A DNA stretch of 63,559 nt, counting the filler, from Chiloscyllium plagiosum (taxonomy: Eukaryota), in NCBI RefSeq assembly GCF_004010195.1. It is 6 parts of one record of this genome, joined end to end, with 100 filler letters (N's around TTAATTAATTAA, not from the genome) between each part and the next. Parts side by side here need not be neighbours in the genome. Positions count along the whole stretch, not along the records: positions 1 to 7,750 come from NC_057717.1; positions 7,851 to 22,490 come from NC_057717.1; 4 more parts are not named here. The stretch is one strand, 5' to 3'. Shown in pieces: positions 1-9,839 of this stretch. The position numbers were made by a program, and so were the translations under genes. The notes beneath the pieces were generated by a model, which searched no databases, had not been told where the DNA came from, and saw only the letters and a program-made list of their open reading frames with translations. Positions within the stretch are counted from its first letter, which is position 1. Every line of letters starts with the position of its first letter.

Positions 1-246
1 GGGAAAGGATTCACTCAGTCTTCTGATCTGCTGAGACCCCAGCGAGCCCACACAGGGGAGAGGCCATTCAGATGCTCAGTGTGTCAGAAGGGATTCAGTG
101 ATTTATCCCGCCTGCTGAGACCCCAGCGGGTTCACACTGGGTAGTTGTTGTTACCCTCTCTGTGTGACAAGGGATTTGCTGAGTCTTCAACACGACTGAG
201 AGCCCAGTGAGTGCACACAGGGAAGTGGTCATCCCATGCGGGGTAG
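1..246 (+). pseudogene. Degenerate C2H2 zinc-finger array (3' end of a ZNF gene or pseudogene)
   Basis: Frame 1 reads [47 protein letters not shown] (stop 142-144), with a TGERPF linker and CxxC. The first zinc-binding His is Pro in both fingers, and a further broken finger follows (LCDKGFAESSTRLRAQ*VHTGK). Confidence 0.9.
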
Positions 247-487
247 AGTTCACACATCACTGCAGGACTCTGATTCTGGAGTTACTGTCCATCAGAGTCA
301 GGATTGGACCTTGTTCATAATGACACTGTTGGAGTATCGATGTTGTTGTTAATCACATTAACTGGGCTGGAGTTGACTGAATTTATATTGCCACTTTCTG
401 AACCTTCAGGGTGTCTCTCTGGGCACAAGGCTCCACAAACAGCAATGTGACAATGAGCAGGGATCGTCTGTTTTGATTTAAATTCTG

Positions 488-820
488 ATTGTAGCACTGC
501 TGCTTCACAGCATCAGGTACAAGGTTGGAGTCCAGCCTTGGCCAACGGCCTGTGTGGAGTTCCCATATTCTCCCCATGATAGTGTGGGTCCTCTCCAGGT
601 GCTCTGGTTTCCTCGCAGTCTAAAGATATGCAGGTTAGGTGGATCTGTTGTGCTAAATTGCCCAAAGTGTCCAGGAATGTGCAGACTAGGTAGATCAGCC
701 ATGGGAAATGCAGTATTACAGGGATGGAGTGCACTGGCTTGCATGTTCTTCAGGTGGTCGGTGGGATTTGATGGGCCAATCTTCTCCTTCCACACTGTTA
801 CGATTCTATTCTATGATTAA
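488..820 (+). mobile_element. HE1-like tRNA-derived SINE (V-SINE superfamily), diverged
   Basis: tRNA-like head (agcactgctgcttcacagc), V-domain-like core ggtttcctcgcagtctaaagatatgcaggttaggtggat...gctaaattgccc, and attctattctatgatt tail. Similar to the copies at 2950 and 3577. Confidence 0.8.
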
Positions 821-2019
821 GGATAAAGGCTTAACAGCAGAGTGTCCTTGGAGAAGGAGCATGTGGTGTGTATCAATGCTCTAGATGCCTTTAGATGGAG
901 GTGGGCACCAAATGGGATACAGTGCTTTATCTCCATCACTGCCCCCTCCTCCCCCCAAATCTACTTTGATTTAGTCCCTTCCCACTCTGTCACTTGTAAT
1001 GGTTTGCTTTGCCCATAATGGGCTTTGTTTATAAATATTCAATTGGTTACACAAATGGTTTATTGCTGGTGATTATATGTGAACCAAAATGGTGTAATGA
1101 TGATTTTGATGGTGGGAAGGTTGCTCAGCTGTGTGTGATAACATTTCTGAGTAGGAGAAATGGGGAACAAAGAACGCTTCACAGCTCATAGAAGGAGAAC
1201 TGAAAAGCAGTTAAATCAAACCAAAGGTTCAGACAGGGAGGGAATATTTCCCTGGAGTTTGAGTAACTGGAAAGTGATGGTGTCCGGGAAGAGACAGGAT
1301 TTTGTTCTAAAGGGCATTTGAAATTTTAAAAACTGTTATATTCAGATATTTTCAATTCTTTTACTTTTATTTATTGTGGAATAAACTTTAACACAAGGTT
1401 AGCAAATTTGTTTTTTTTTAATGTAAAAGACAAATGTTAAATAAAATCCATCAAACCAACCCTCACTGAAAACTGATGTGGAGGTGCAATCTCCTGGAGA
1501 ATCCCTGCCCTACCTACTTCTTCCTACCCGGGCTATATACGTACTTGGAAAAGAGCAGCAGGAGGCGACCATTCGATTGTGTTCCACCATTCAATGGGAA
1601 ACAGCTGACCATCCAGCTCAGTCTCCTGTTCCTGCTGTGTTCCAATCCCCTTTCATGACTTTACCTCGAAGAACTATATCAAAGTCCTCCTTTGGCTTCA
1701 CTGCCTTTTGTTCAACTGATGTTGTTATGTTACTGTGTGGGTGTAGGCAGGGTTAATGTGATGGTGCTGCCTCCTGGAGGATGCACTCAGCATCCCTTAT
1801 CATCCTGCAGTAACATCAACTGGGTTTCAGCAACTCGAGATAGAAACCAGTTCCAGGATATGGGCATCACTGGCTCAGCCAGCATTTATTCCCCATCTCT
1901 AGGTACCCTTAAGAAGATGGTAGTGAGCTGCTGCCTTGAACAAATTGCAGTCCATTTGCTGCAGATAGACCGACAATGCTGGGAGGGAGAGTGTTGTAGG
2001 ACTTTGGCCGAGTAATTCC

Positions 2020-2210
2020 CCATCTTTGGTTTGTCAAATTCTGGATAACTCGATCACGATTGGCACAGGATTTTGAGATTTCAGTCTGCAAATCTTCACC
2101 ATCTAGCACCCTGTATAAATGAATAGGTACAGATTAGAAATTCAGAACAGACAATTCTCGTTTCTCTGGAATATTTTTCCCCTTTGTTCCCCCAAAGCTG
2201 TAACCCTCCA
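2020..2210 (-). pseudogene. Probable truncated ZNF exon start with splice acceptor
   Basis: Minus strand ...tcatttatacag|ggtgctagatggtgaagatttgcagactgaaatctcaaaa resembles, from recollection, the exon start preceding finger arrays in shark ZNF genes. It lies downstream of the promoter relic at 2651-2736, but no fingers follow. Confidence 0.45.
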
Positions 2211-2650
2211 GCCGACTTACTCTCTCCCACCATTCTGACTCTGCTGCCCCTAATGTACACCCTCCCCATTCTCATGGAGTTGCTGATAAACAGATCCATG
2301 CCACCACTTCCCGTCCCTGGTTAGACTCTGCACCCTTTCTGGGTTCACTTCCTTTCCTTTCAGTTGCTGCAAGTCAATAATATAACAGCAGAATGAAACA
2401 AAAGGAAACAGACAGGGAGGTGGCAGATCCTGGACAGAAGAGGAATCTTCAGGCTGGGAGAATGGGTCAGATCTTTCTTTGTTTCCTCATTGGTCGACTC
2501 CCAGTGTTATGACAAGTTGCGAATGGAACTTGGTCCCAAGTGGGTGTAGTGACACTTTGACCCCCCAACAATACTACAAGCAGATGCGTCCCTTCGCCAG
2601 CCAAAGTGTGAAATGCTTTCCGCTAGTTACCTCAAAGCAAATGCTCCAAA

Positions 2651-2736
2651 ACTCACCCACATTCTGTACATGTACAGTGCTGGTTTTCCCCGCACATGTG
2701 TGGTCCCTGCCTCAGGGATTGTGGGAGTTGTAGTCC
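2651..2736 (-). promoter_or_regulatory. CpG-decayed housekeeping/ZNF-type promoter relic with first splice donor
   Basis: Minus strand GGACTACAACTCCCACAATCCC (2715-2736) matches the ACTACAnnTCCCA ZNF143/THAP11 motif. TGTACATGTACA (2665-2676) and GCACATGTGT (2692-2701) are deaminated forms of the NRF1 motif TGCGCATGCGCA. Donor G|GTGAGT at 2651-2657. Confidence 0.6.
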
Positions 2737-2949
2737 CCATGAAGCCTCTGGAGATCTGTCTCTGAAAAGTGAAAGACAGTGTGGGCTGGTGGGTGTTGTG
2801 TATAGGATCCCAATTCAGACACACAGGACATATGGGCTGTCACTGGGTTTTACTGAGATATCTGCTTTGACAACCCGATTTCTGATGTAAGAAATACATA
2901 TTCAGCCAATTGCGTGGTGGGAGGTTAATAAGGGGCAGCAGATTTCAAG

Positions 2950-3283
2950 CAGAGGTGTCTCAGTGGCTAGCACTGCTGCCTCACAGCATCAGGGACCCGG
3001 GTTTGATTCCAGCCTTAGGCAACTGTGTGGAGTTTACACATTCTTCCCAAGTCTGCATGGTTTTGTTCGGTGCTCCAGTTTCCTCCCACAGTCCAAAGAT
3101 GCGCAGGTGAGGTGGATTAGTCATGCCAAATTGCCCACTGGATCCATGCATGAGCCGGTTAGGCAATTAACAATGGGAAATGCAGGGTTACCGGGAATGG
3201 ATGGGTCTGAATGGGATGCTCATCATAGGGTGTGGACTCCGATGGGTGAATACACTGTTTCTGTACTATAGGGACTATTCTAT
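2950..3283 (+). mobile_element. HE1-like SINE
   Basis: A-box-like tctcagtggctagcactgctgcctcacagc, B-box-like ggtttgattcc, V-domain tttcctcccacagtccaaagatgcgcaggtgaggtggatt, and CR1-like tail. Confidence 0.85.
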
Positions 3284-3576
3284 TGTCAAGAAGAAGAATA
3301 TACCTATCTCGATGTGTTTGAACCTGTGGAATTCGCTACTCAAAATGCAGTGGATGCGAGGACATGAGCAAATCTAACGAAGAGATACATATTTTTAATT
3401 TGCAATGATTTGAAGGGTGAGAAAGCTGGTGGGAAAATCCAGCTGAGACCGAGGTGAGCTCAATCATCACCATATTAAATGGTGGGGCTGGTTTGAAGGG
3501 CTGCATTGCCTCTCCTGTGCCCAGGGCCTATCTTCTTACGGTAATAACTGGAAAGCTGAATCCAAAACTCACCACC

Positions 3577-3850
3577 TTTAGATTAGATTAGATTACATTA
3601 CAGGCCCTGCGGCCCAACAAGTCCACACCGACCCGCCGAAGCGCAACCCATCCATACGCTTACATTTACCCCTTACCTAACGCTACGGGCAATTTAGCAT
3701 GGCCAATTCACCTGCACGTCTTTGGACTGTGGGAGGAAACCCACACAGACACGGGGAGAACGTGCAAACTCCACACAGTCAGTCACCTGAGGTGGGAATT
3801 GAACCCGGGTCTCTGGCGCTGTGAGGCAGCAGTGCTAACCACTGTGCCGC
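3577..3850 (-). mobile_element. HE1-like SINE, relatively young
   Basis: Reverse complement reads gcggcacagtggttagcactgctgcctcacagcgccagagacccgggttcaattccc...tttcctcccacagtccaaag... and ends in a (TCTAA)n tail. Confidence 0.9.
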
Positions 3851-4199
3851 TTCACCAAAGATTTTCGGAAAAAGCAGGATAGTTAGGTGGATAAGCATTC
3901 CAAACTTAGATAGTGAGGAAGCATGTAGGAGATAATGATTTTGCAATTTTAACTGAGGGGAGACAGTGATTTATAGTTTTAGATTGCGTCGTACATTCAC
4001 AGCGTCCAGAATACTCCGTTGTGAATATCTATCCTGTATTTTATTACAAAGCCAAGGTCTCTGACAATGAAACCCAAAACACCCAGGAAACATCGCCTCA
4101 CCTCGTAATCTGATAAAAGATTTGTGATAAGTCTGGTTGAATTTAGAACACAGATGGAAAGTGGGAAGATTAAATCAAATCCCAAGATCCTGTGCTTAA

Positions 4200-5335
4200 G
4201 CAAAGGAGACAACAATAGGATGAGGCAGGAGTTGGTTTATGTAAACTGGAAGCAAAGACTTTACGGTGGGACAGTTGACAGACAGTGGAGGAATATCAAA
4301 TAATTTTTCGAAGTGCTCAGCAAAAGCACATATCAGTGAAAAGGAAGGACTGCTGGAAAGGAAGTAATCTGCCATGGGTGTCTAACGAAATAAGGGAGTC
4401 TATCAAAATGAAATAGAAGGCATACAAATTGGCAAAGACACCAAGAAAAAATTAGGAGATTACAAAAACTTCAAAGATCAACAGAGAGCTGGATGGGATT
4501 GGGGGAGAAAAGTGATGAGCAGCTGTCCCCAGGGCCAGAATAGCAGTTTACACTGCTAGAAGGGAACCTATTGTGTGGGGAACATATGACCTCTGTAATT
4601 GTTGAAGTACTTAACTGTTACCATAGAGATAATCCTGATCAAGTTACAAATCACAGCACACTCCAAAAGCTTGTACTGCCAAATAAACCTGTTGGATTAT
4701 AACCTGTTGTGTGATTTATAAGTTTGTCCACCCCACCCCAACACCAGCTCCTCCATATCAGAATTCTGATAGACGGCCCCACTGAAACTGAAGCGTCTGT
4801 CAGATACTTGAGAGAGCCACAGGGGTGGGGGGAGGGGTATGTGATTTAACCTCAAAATGCTAAACTCAACTAGACTTTCTAACTGACCGTTGCCATGGAG
4901 ATAATACTGAGAGACAGTCTCTATTCCAAGTCCCAAACCACAAAGGTATAAGAATGGGAGCGGCACGTCGGACAGGCGGGGAGTTACCTGATGCTGCCTG
5001 GAGGTGTTTTGCATGTACACTATCCAGGTAACTACCATGTCTCATCAATAAAGACTCGAAGAAGACCTCTCTGAGTTCTGTGCCTAGTTATTCCTATCCA
5101 GCAGGGTTCAGGAATATGAGGACACAGCAGTCAGTCTTCACAGTGGAGGATACGAAGAACATGCCAGTAATTGATAAGCATACCGAGGAAGGTGAGGACT
5201 TTGAAACGACCATTATCATGAAAGAGTTAGAGATGGGCAAGTTAATGGAGCGAAAGGTACACAAGTCTCATTGCCCTGATGGAATACATCCCAGGATACC
5301 AACAGACTTAGTGGGAGAAATAGCAAATACACTTA
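4200..5335 (+). mobile_element. CR1 LINE ORF2 fragments interrupted by an LTR-like segment
   Basis: 4200-4490 and 5127-5335 resemble the CR1 inter-domain region (SVFTVED...KSHCPDGIHPRI...EIAN), matching 40450-40650 of the long CR1. Confidence 0.7.
4513..5126 (+). mobile_element. Possible solo LTR with a nested Penelope terminus (about 4660-4760)
   Basis: Purine tract gggattgggggagaaaag followed by TG; TATA-like ggtataagaa near 4946; AATAAA at 5047; ends ...acaCA exactly where the CR1 resumes. No target-site duplication found. Confidence 0.4.
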
Positions 5336-5815
5336 GAATTGTAGAATCCTACAGCAGAGACAGGCCCTTTGGCCCAATCCGATCAGAATGTCTATCCACA
5401 CTAACCCCATTTCCCTGCACTTGATCCATCTGCTTCTGACCCTTTGCTTTCCATGTATTTGTCCAAATGCCTTTTACCTGTTATGTGTACCCACCTCAAC
5501 CACTTCCACTGGTAGCTCATTCCATATACATACCACCCTCTGTGTAAAACAGTTGCCCCTCAGCTTCCCTTTTATTCTTTCTCCTCTAACCTTAAACTGA
5601 TGCCCTCCAATCCTTGGTTCCCTGGGAAAAAGACTGAGTGCATTCACCTTACCCATGCCTCTCATGATCTTATACACTTCTGTAAATTATTCCCCCTCGG
5701 TTTCCTTTGCTCTCAACAAAAAGGTCCTCGCTTGTCCAACCTCTCCCTGTAACTCAGACCCCTGAGACCTGGCATCATCCTTGTAAATTTTTTCTGCACC
5801 TTTCCAGTTTAATAA
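5336..5815 (-). mobile_element. CR1 LINE 3' end
   Basis: Minus ORF YKIMRGMGKVN..LFP..R..GHQFKV......LRGNCFTQRVVCIWNELP is the typical CR1 ORF2 C-terminus, followed by a 3' UTR and tail. Confidence 0.9.
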
Positions 5816-6295
5816 CTGAAACCTACACTGCACTCATCACATTTCCCGTGTTTCCCCACGGCACTGGAACCGACGTGACAACGCCAATGGATTACAATTC
5901 ATGATCGATAATTCACTCCGTTACAACAATCCCATTTTCATAGCTTTTTCCATGATGCAGGAATCCTTTTGTCTTTCTGGTTTCATGGTAAATTGCCCTC
6001 ATACAAAACCAATCTGTGGCTTAACTGTTCCTGGGAAATGTGCCATGATTTTTTAGACTTTCAAAAACCAATGAAATTTCTCTCCACATTCCCCGCTAAC
6101 ACGGACTTCACTGTCTCAGTACTTTTCCCAGTCACGCTGACATTTGAGATATTCGTCCACGGGCAGAATGCACACCTTTCATTCCAGATGAAAAGGCCAA
6201 TGATATTCAGATCGGCACGGATCCAGTAACCATCAAACTTGAACATGAAATTCAATGTGAATTTCTCAACTACAAATTCCCCCTTTCAGTACTCT
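5816..6295 (-). pseudogene. Heavily decayed C2H2 ZNF exon
   Basis: Minus strand keeps remnants such as ctgaatatcattggcctt, tcagcgtgactgggaaaagtactgagaca, atcatggaaaaagctatgaaaatgggattgt and gggaaacacgggaaatgtgatgagtgc (EKPWKCxxC-like). It is truncated by the CR1 at 5815. Confidence 0.55.
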
Positions 6296-6299
6296 ACAA

Positions 6300-7095
6300 C
6301 AGAGAAAACAAAAAGTGCTGGAGATCCTCAGCAGGTCTGGCAGCATCTGAAATGGTGACAGATGCAGGAAACATTGCAGCCTTGAAGAAGTGTTTAGATG
6401 ATAACACCGGGCACGTGCACTTGATGACCGGTATGGAGAAGATGGGGGCATTGTTTTCAACAGTTTTATACCAGAGACTCTGACCCCATTTTATTCCGTG
6501 TTTCTCTGAGATTCCCTCTTTTCAGAAGCAGGCAGGAGTGGGAAGCAGTGGAGAATGTAAATGATGTGCGACCTTCCTAGTGAGAGGATTCGAGGACAGG
6601 AGCAGGGATCCCTTTCTGGAAGGGCCTTGGTGAGACCACACCTGGAGTACTGCGTGTACCTTTGTTCCCCTTTCCCAAGGGGAGCTAGCCTGGTTATTGA
6701 GAGAGAGAGTAAAGGTGGGTCATCAGCCTGACTCCTGGGATGTGAAGATCATTAGGGGCTGCAGATGCTGGAAGTCAGAGTTTATACCATGTGGATCTGG
6801 AGAAGTGCAGCAGGTCAGGCAGCATCAGAGGGGCAGGAAAGTTGATGATTTGGGTCAGGACACTTTGTCAGACCGGATGAATAGTCCTGACCCAAAACAT
6901 GAACTTTCCAGCCCCATCGTATCCATGCTGGTCATCAAGCGTACATTTATTCTAGTCCCACGTTCTTGCACTCCGTGTAACATCTTGGTGTGATCATCTA
7001 AATACTTCTTCAAGGCTGCAATGTTTCCTGCATCTGTCACCATTTCAGATGCTGACAGACTTGCTGAGGATGTCCAGCAATTTATGTTCTTATTG
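6300..7095. repeat. Inverted duplication (arms about 6300-6450 and 6910-7095)
   Basis: cagcatctgaaatggtgacagatgcaggaaacattgcagccttgaagaagt.tttagatgat occurs on plus at about 6341-6402 and as reverse complement at about 6993-7055. A second matching block (cttgatgacc...gatgggg) is also shared. Confidence 0.85.
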
Positions 7096-7601
7096 CAGAT
7101 TTCCACCATTTTGCTGAAGCACATAGAGCCATAGACATGTATACAGTTCCATATTTTGTTGACTCACATTTCTGAGATCACTGATGGCTGATGAGAAACT
7201 CAATCCTCGTTTAATCCTCCTTTTCTTTGGCTTTCTGAGCTGCTGACTACATCACTAATATTCTACCTCCCATTCCCTGACCTGAATCTGACCCATCTAA
7301 GCCGACACTTTAGTTCCCAACCCCCTGTCAGACTAGGTAAAACCGCACCAATGGAACTGCAAAAGCCCCCATCAGATTTGTCTCAGCTCTGCCCAGGGGT
7401 AACCGGTCAGGCTGGTATAGGACCCACCCAGAAACAGTCCCAGTGCCTGAAGAATCTAAACCTTTCCCTGGTACACCATTTCCCCAGCCGCACATCCAGC
7501 TGATCTACCCTCTTATTCCTCCTCTCACTAGCACATGGCACTGGGAGTAAGTCTGACCTTATTACATTTCAGGAGCTACATTTTAATGCATCTCTTCAAA
7601 G

Positions 7602-7750
7602 TTTGGGAGAAGATTTGTAGCTCGGGTGGTCATTGTTGTGGTTCTGTTCGCCGAGCTGGAAGTTTTTGTTGCAAATGTTTCGTCCCCTGTCTAGGTGACA
7701 TCCTCAGTGCTTGGGAGCCTCCTATGAAGCGCTTCTGTGGTGTTTCCTCC
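7602..7750 (-). mobile_element. Penelope-like element terminus (family B) with minimal hammerhead core at 7671-7710
   Basis: Minus: GCA CTGAGGA T GTCACC TAGACA GGGGAC GAAA CATT TGC, i.e. stem I, CUGANGA, stem II, GAAA, UH, stem I. The same family start (gagaagatttgtag) recurs at the window end. Confidence 0.65.
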
Positions 7751-7850
7751 NNNNNNNNNNNNNNNNNNNNNNNNNNNNNNNNNNNNNNNNNNNNTTAATT
7801 AATTAANNNNNNNNNNNNNNNNNNNNNNNNNNNNNNNNNNNNNNNNNNNN
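7751..7850. other. Artificial join spacer N44-TTAATTAATTAA-N44
   Basis: Identical 100-bp structure recurs at 22491, 45116, 54067 and 62300. TTAATTAATTAA places stop codons in all six frames. Confidence 0.95.
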
Positions 7851-9363
7851 CGGTGATGGAGTGAGTGTGAGGGGGACAGGGTGACGGTTGATGGAGCGAG
7901 TGTGAGGGGTAAGGGTGAGGGTGATGGAGTGAGTGTGAGGGGTTCAGGGTGACAGTGAGGAAGTGAGTGTGAGGGGTAAGGGTGAGGGTGATGGAGTGAG
8001 TGTGAGTGGGTCAGGGTGACGGTGATGGAGTGAGTGTGAGGGGATGAGTATGATGTTGATGGAGTGAGGTTGAGGGGATGAGTGTTAGGGTGACGGTGAT
8101 GGAGCGAGTGTGAGGCGTTCAGTGTGAGTGTGATGGAGTGAGTGTCAGAGGTTGAGGGTGACGGTGGTGGAGTGAGTGTGAGGGGGTCAGTGTGACTGAT
8201 GGAGTGAGTGTGAGGGGATCATGGTGATTGTGGTGGAGTGAGTGTGACAGGTCAGCGTGACAGTGATAGAGTGAGTATGAGGTAGCCAGGGTGAAGGTGA
8301 GGGAGTGACTGTGAGGTGGCCCGAGTGAGGGTGAGGGTGCGAGTGTGAGGGCGTCAGGGTGACAGTGATGGAGCGTGTGAGAGGGAGTCAGGGCGACGTT
8401 GCTGGAGAGAGTGTGAGGGGGTTAGGATGACGGTGATGGAGTGAGTGTGAGGGGGTCAGATTAACCAGGTTGGAATGATAGTGAGTGGGTCGGGGTGACA
8501 GTGATGGAGTGAGTGTGAGAGGGTCAGTGTGACTGTGATGGAGTGAGTGTGAGCCGGTCAGGTTGAAAGTGATGGAGTGAGTGTGAGGAGTTCAGGCTGA
8601 GTGTCATGGAGTGAGTGTGAGGAGGACATGGTGACGGTGATGGAGTGAGTGTGAGGAGGACACGGTGACGGTGATGGAGTGAATGTAATGGGTTCAGTGC
8701 GACGCTGATAGAGTGAGTGTGAGGGGTTCAGGGTGAGACTGATGGAGTGAACATGAGGGAGTCAGTGTGATGGAGTGAGTGTGAGAGGGTCATGGTGACG
8801 GTGATGGAATGAGTGTGAGGGGTTCAGGGTGACGGTGATGGAGTGAGTGTGAGGGGTTCAGGGTGACAGTGAGGAAGTGAGTGTGAGGGGTAAGGGTGAG
8901 GGTGATGGAGTGAGTGTGAGTGGGTCAGGGTGACGGTGATGGAGTGAGTGTGAGGGGGTCAGATTAACCAGGTTGGAATGATAGTGAGTGGGTCGGGGTG
9001 ACAGTGATGGAGTGAGTGTGAGAGCGTCAGTGTGACTGTGATGGAGTGAGTGTGAGCCGGTCAGGTTGAAAGTGATGGAGTGAGTGTGAGGAGTTCAGGC
9101 TGAGTGTCATGGAGTGAGTGTGAGGAGGACATGGTGACGGTGATGGAGTGAGTGTGAGGGGGTCAGATTAACCAGGTTGGAATGATAGTGAGGGGGTCAG
9201 GGTGACAGTGATGGAGTGAGTGTGAGTGGGTCAGGGTGACGGTGATGGAGTGAGTGTGAGGGGGTCAGATTAACCAGGTTGGAATGATAGTGAGGGGGTC
9301 AGGGTGACAGTGATGGAGTGAGTGTGAGTGGGTCAGGGTGACGGTGATGGAGTGAGTGTGAGG
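7851..9363. repeat. 34-bp G-rich satellite
   Basis: Unit about AGGGTGACGGTGATGGAGTGAGTGTGAGGGGGTC. A variant block containing gattaaccaggttggaatga recurs at about 8460, 8963, 9167 and 9269. Confidence 0.95.
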
Positions 9364-9797
9364 NNNNNNNNNNNNNNNNNNNNNNNNNNNNNNNNNNNNN
9401 NNNNNNNNNNNNNNNNNNNNNNNNNNNNNNNNNNNNNNNNNNNNNNNNNNNNNNNNNNNNNNNNNNNNNNNNNNNNNNNNNNNNNNNNNNNNNNNNNNNN
9501 NNNNNNNNNNNNNNNNNNNNNNNNNNNNNNNNNNNNNNNNNNNNNNNNNNNNNNNNNNNNNNNNNNNNNNNNNNNNNNNNNNNNNNNNNNNNNNNNNNNN
9601 NNNNNNNNNNNNNNNNNNNNNNNNNNNNNNNNNNNNNNNNNNNNNNNNNNNNNNNNNNNNNNNNNNNNNNNNNNNNNNNNNNNNNNNNNNNNNNNNNNNN
9701 NNNNNNNNNNNNNNNNNNNNNNNNNNNNNNNNNNNNNNNNNNNNNNNNNNNNNNNNNNNNNNNNNNNNNNNNNNNNNNNNNNNNNNNNNNNNNNNNN

Positions 9798-9839
<42 letters not shown>

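Noticed and set aside
7795..7806. TTAATTAATTAA as a biological palindrome or piggyBac target site
   Set aside because: Always centred in exactly 44+44 Ns, so it is an assembly linker.
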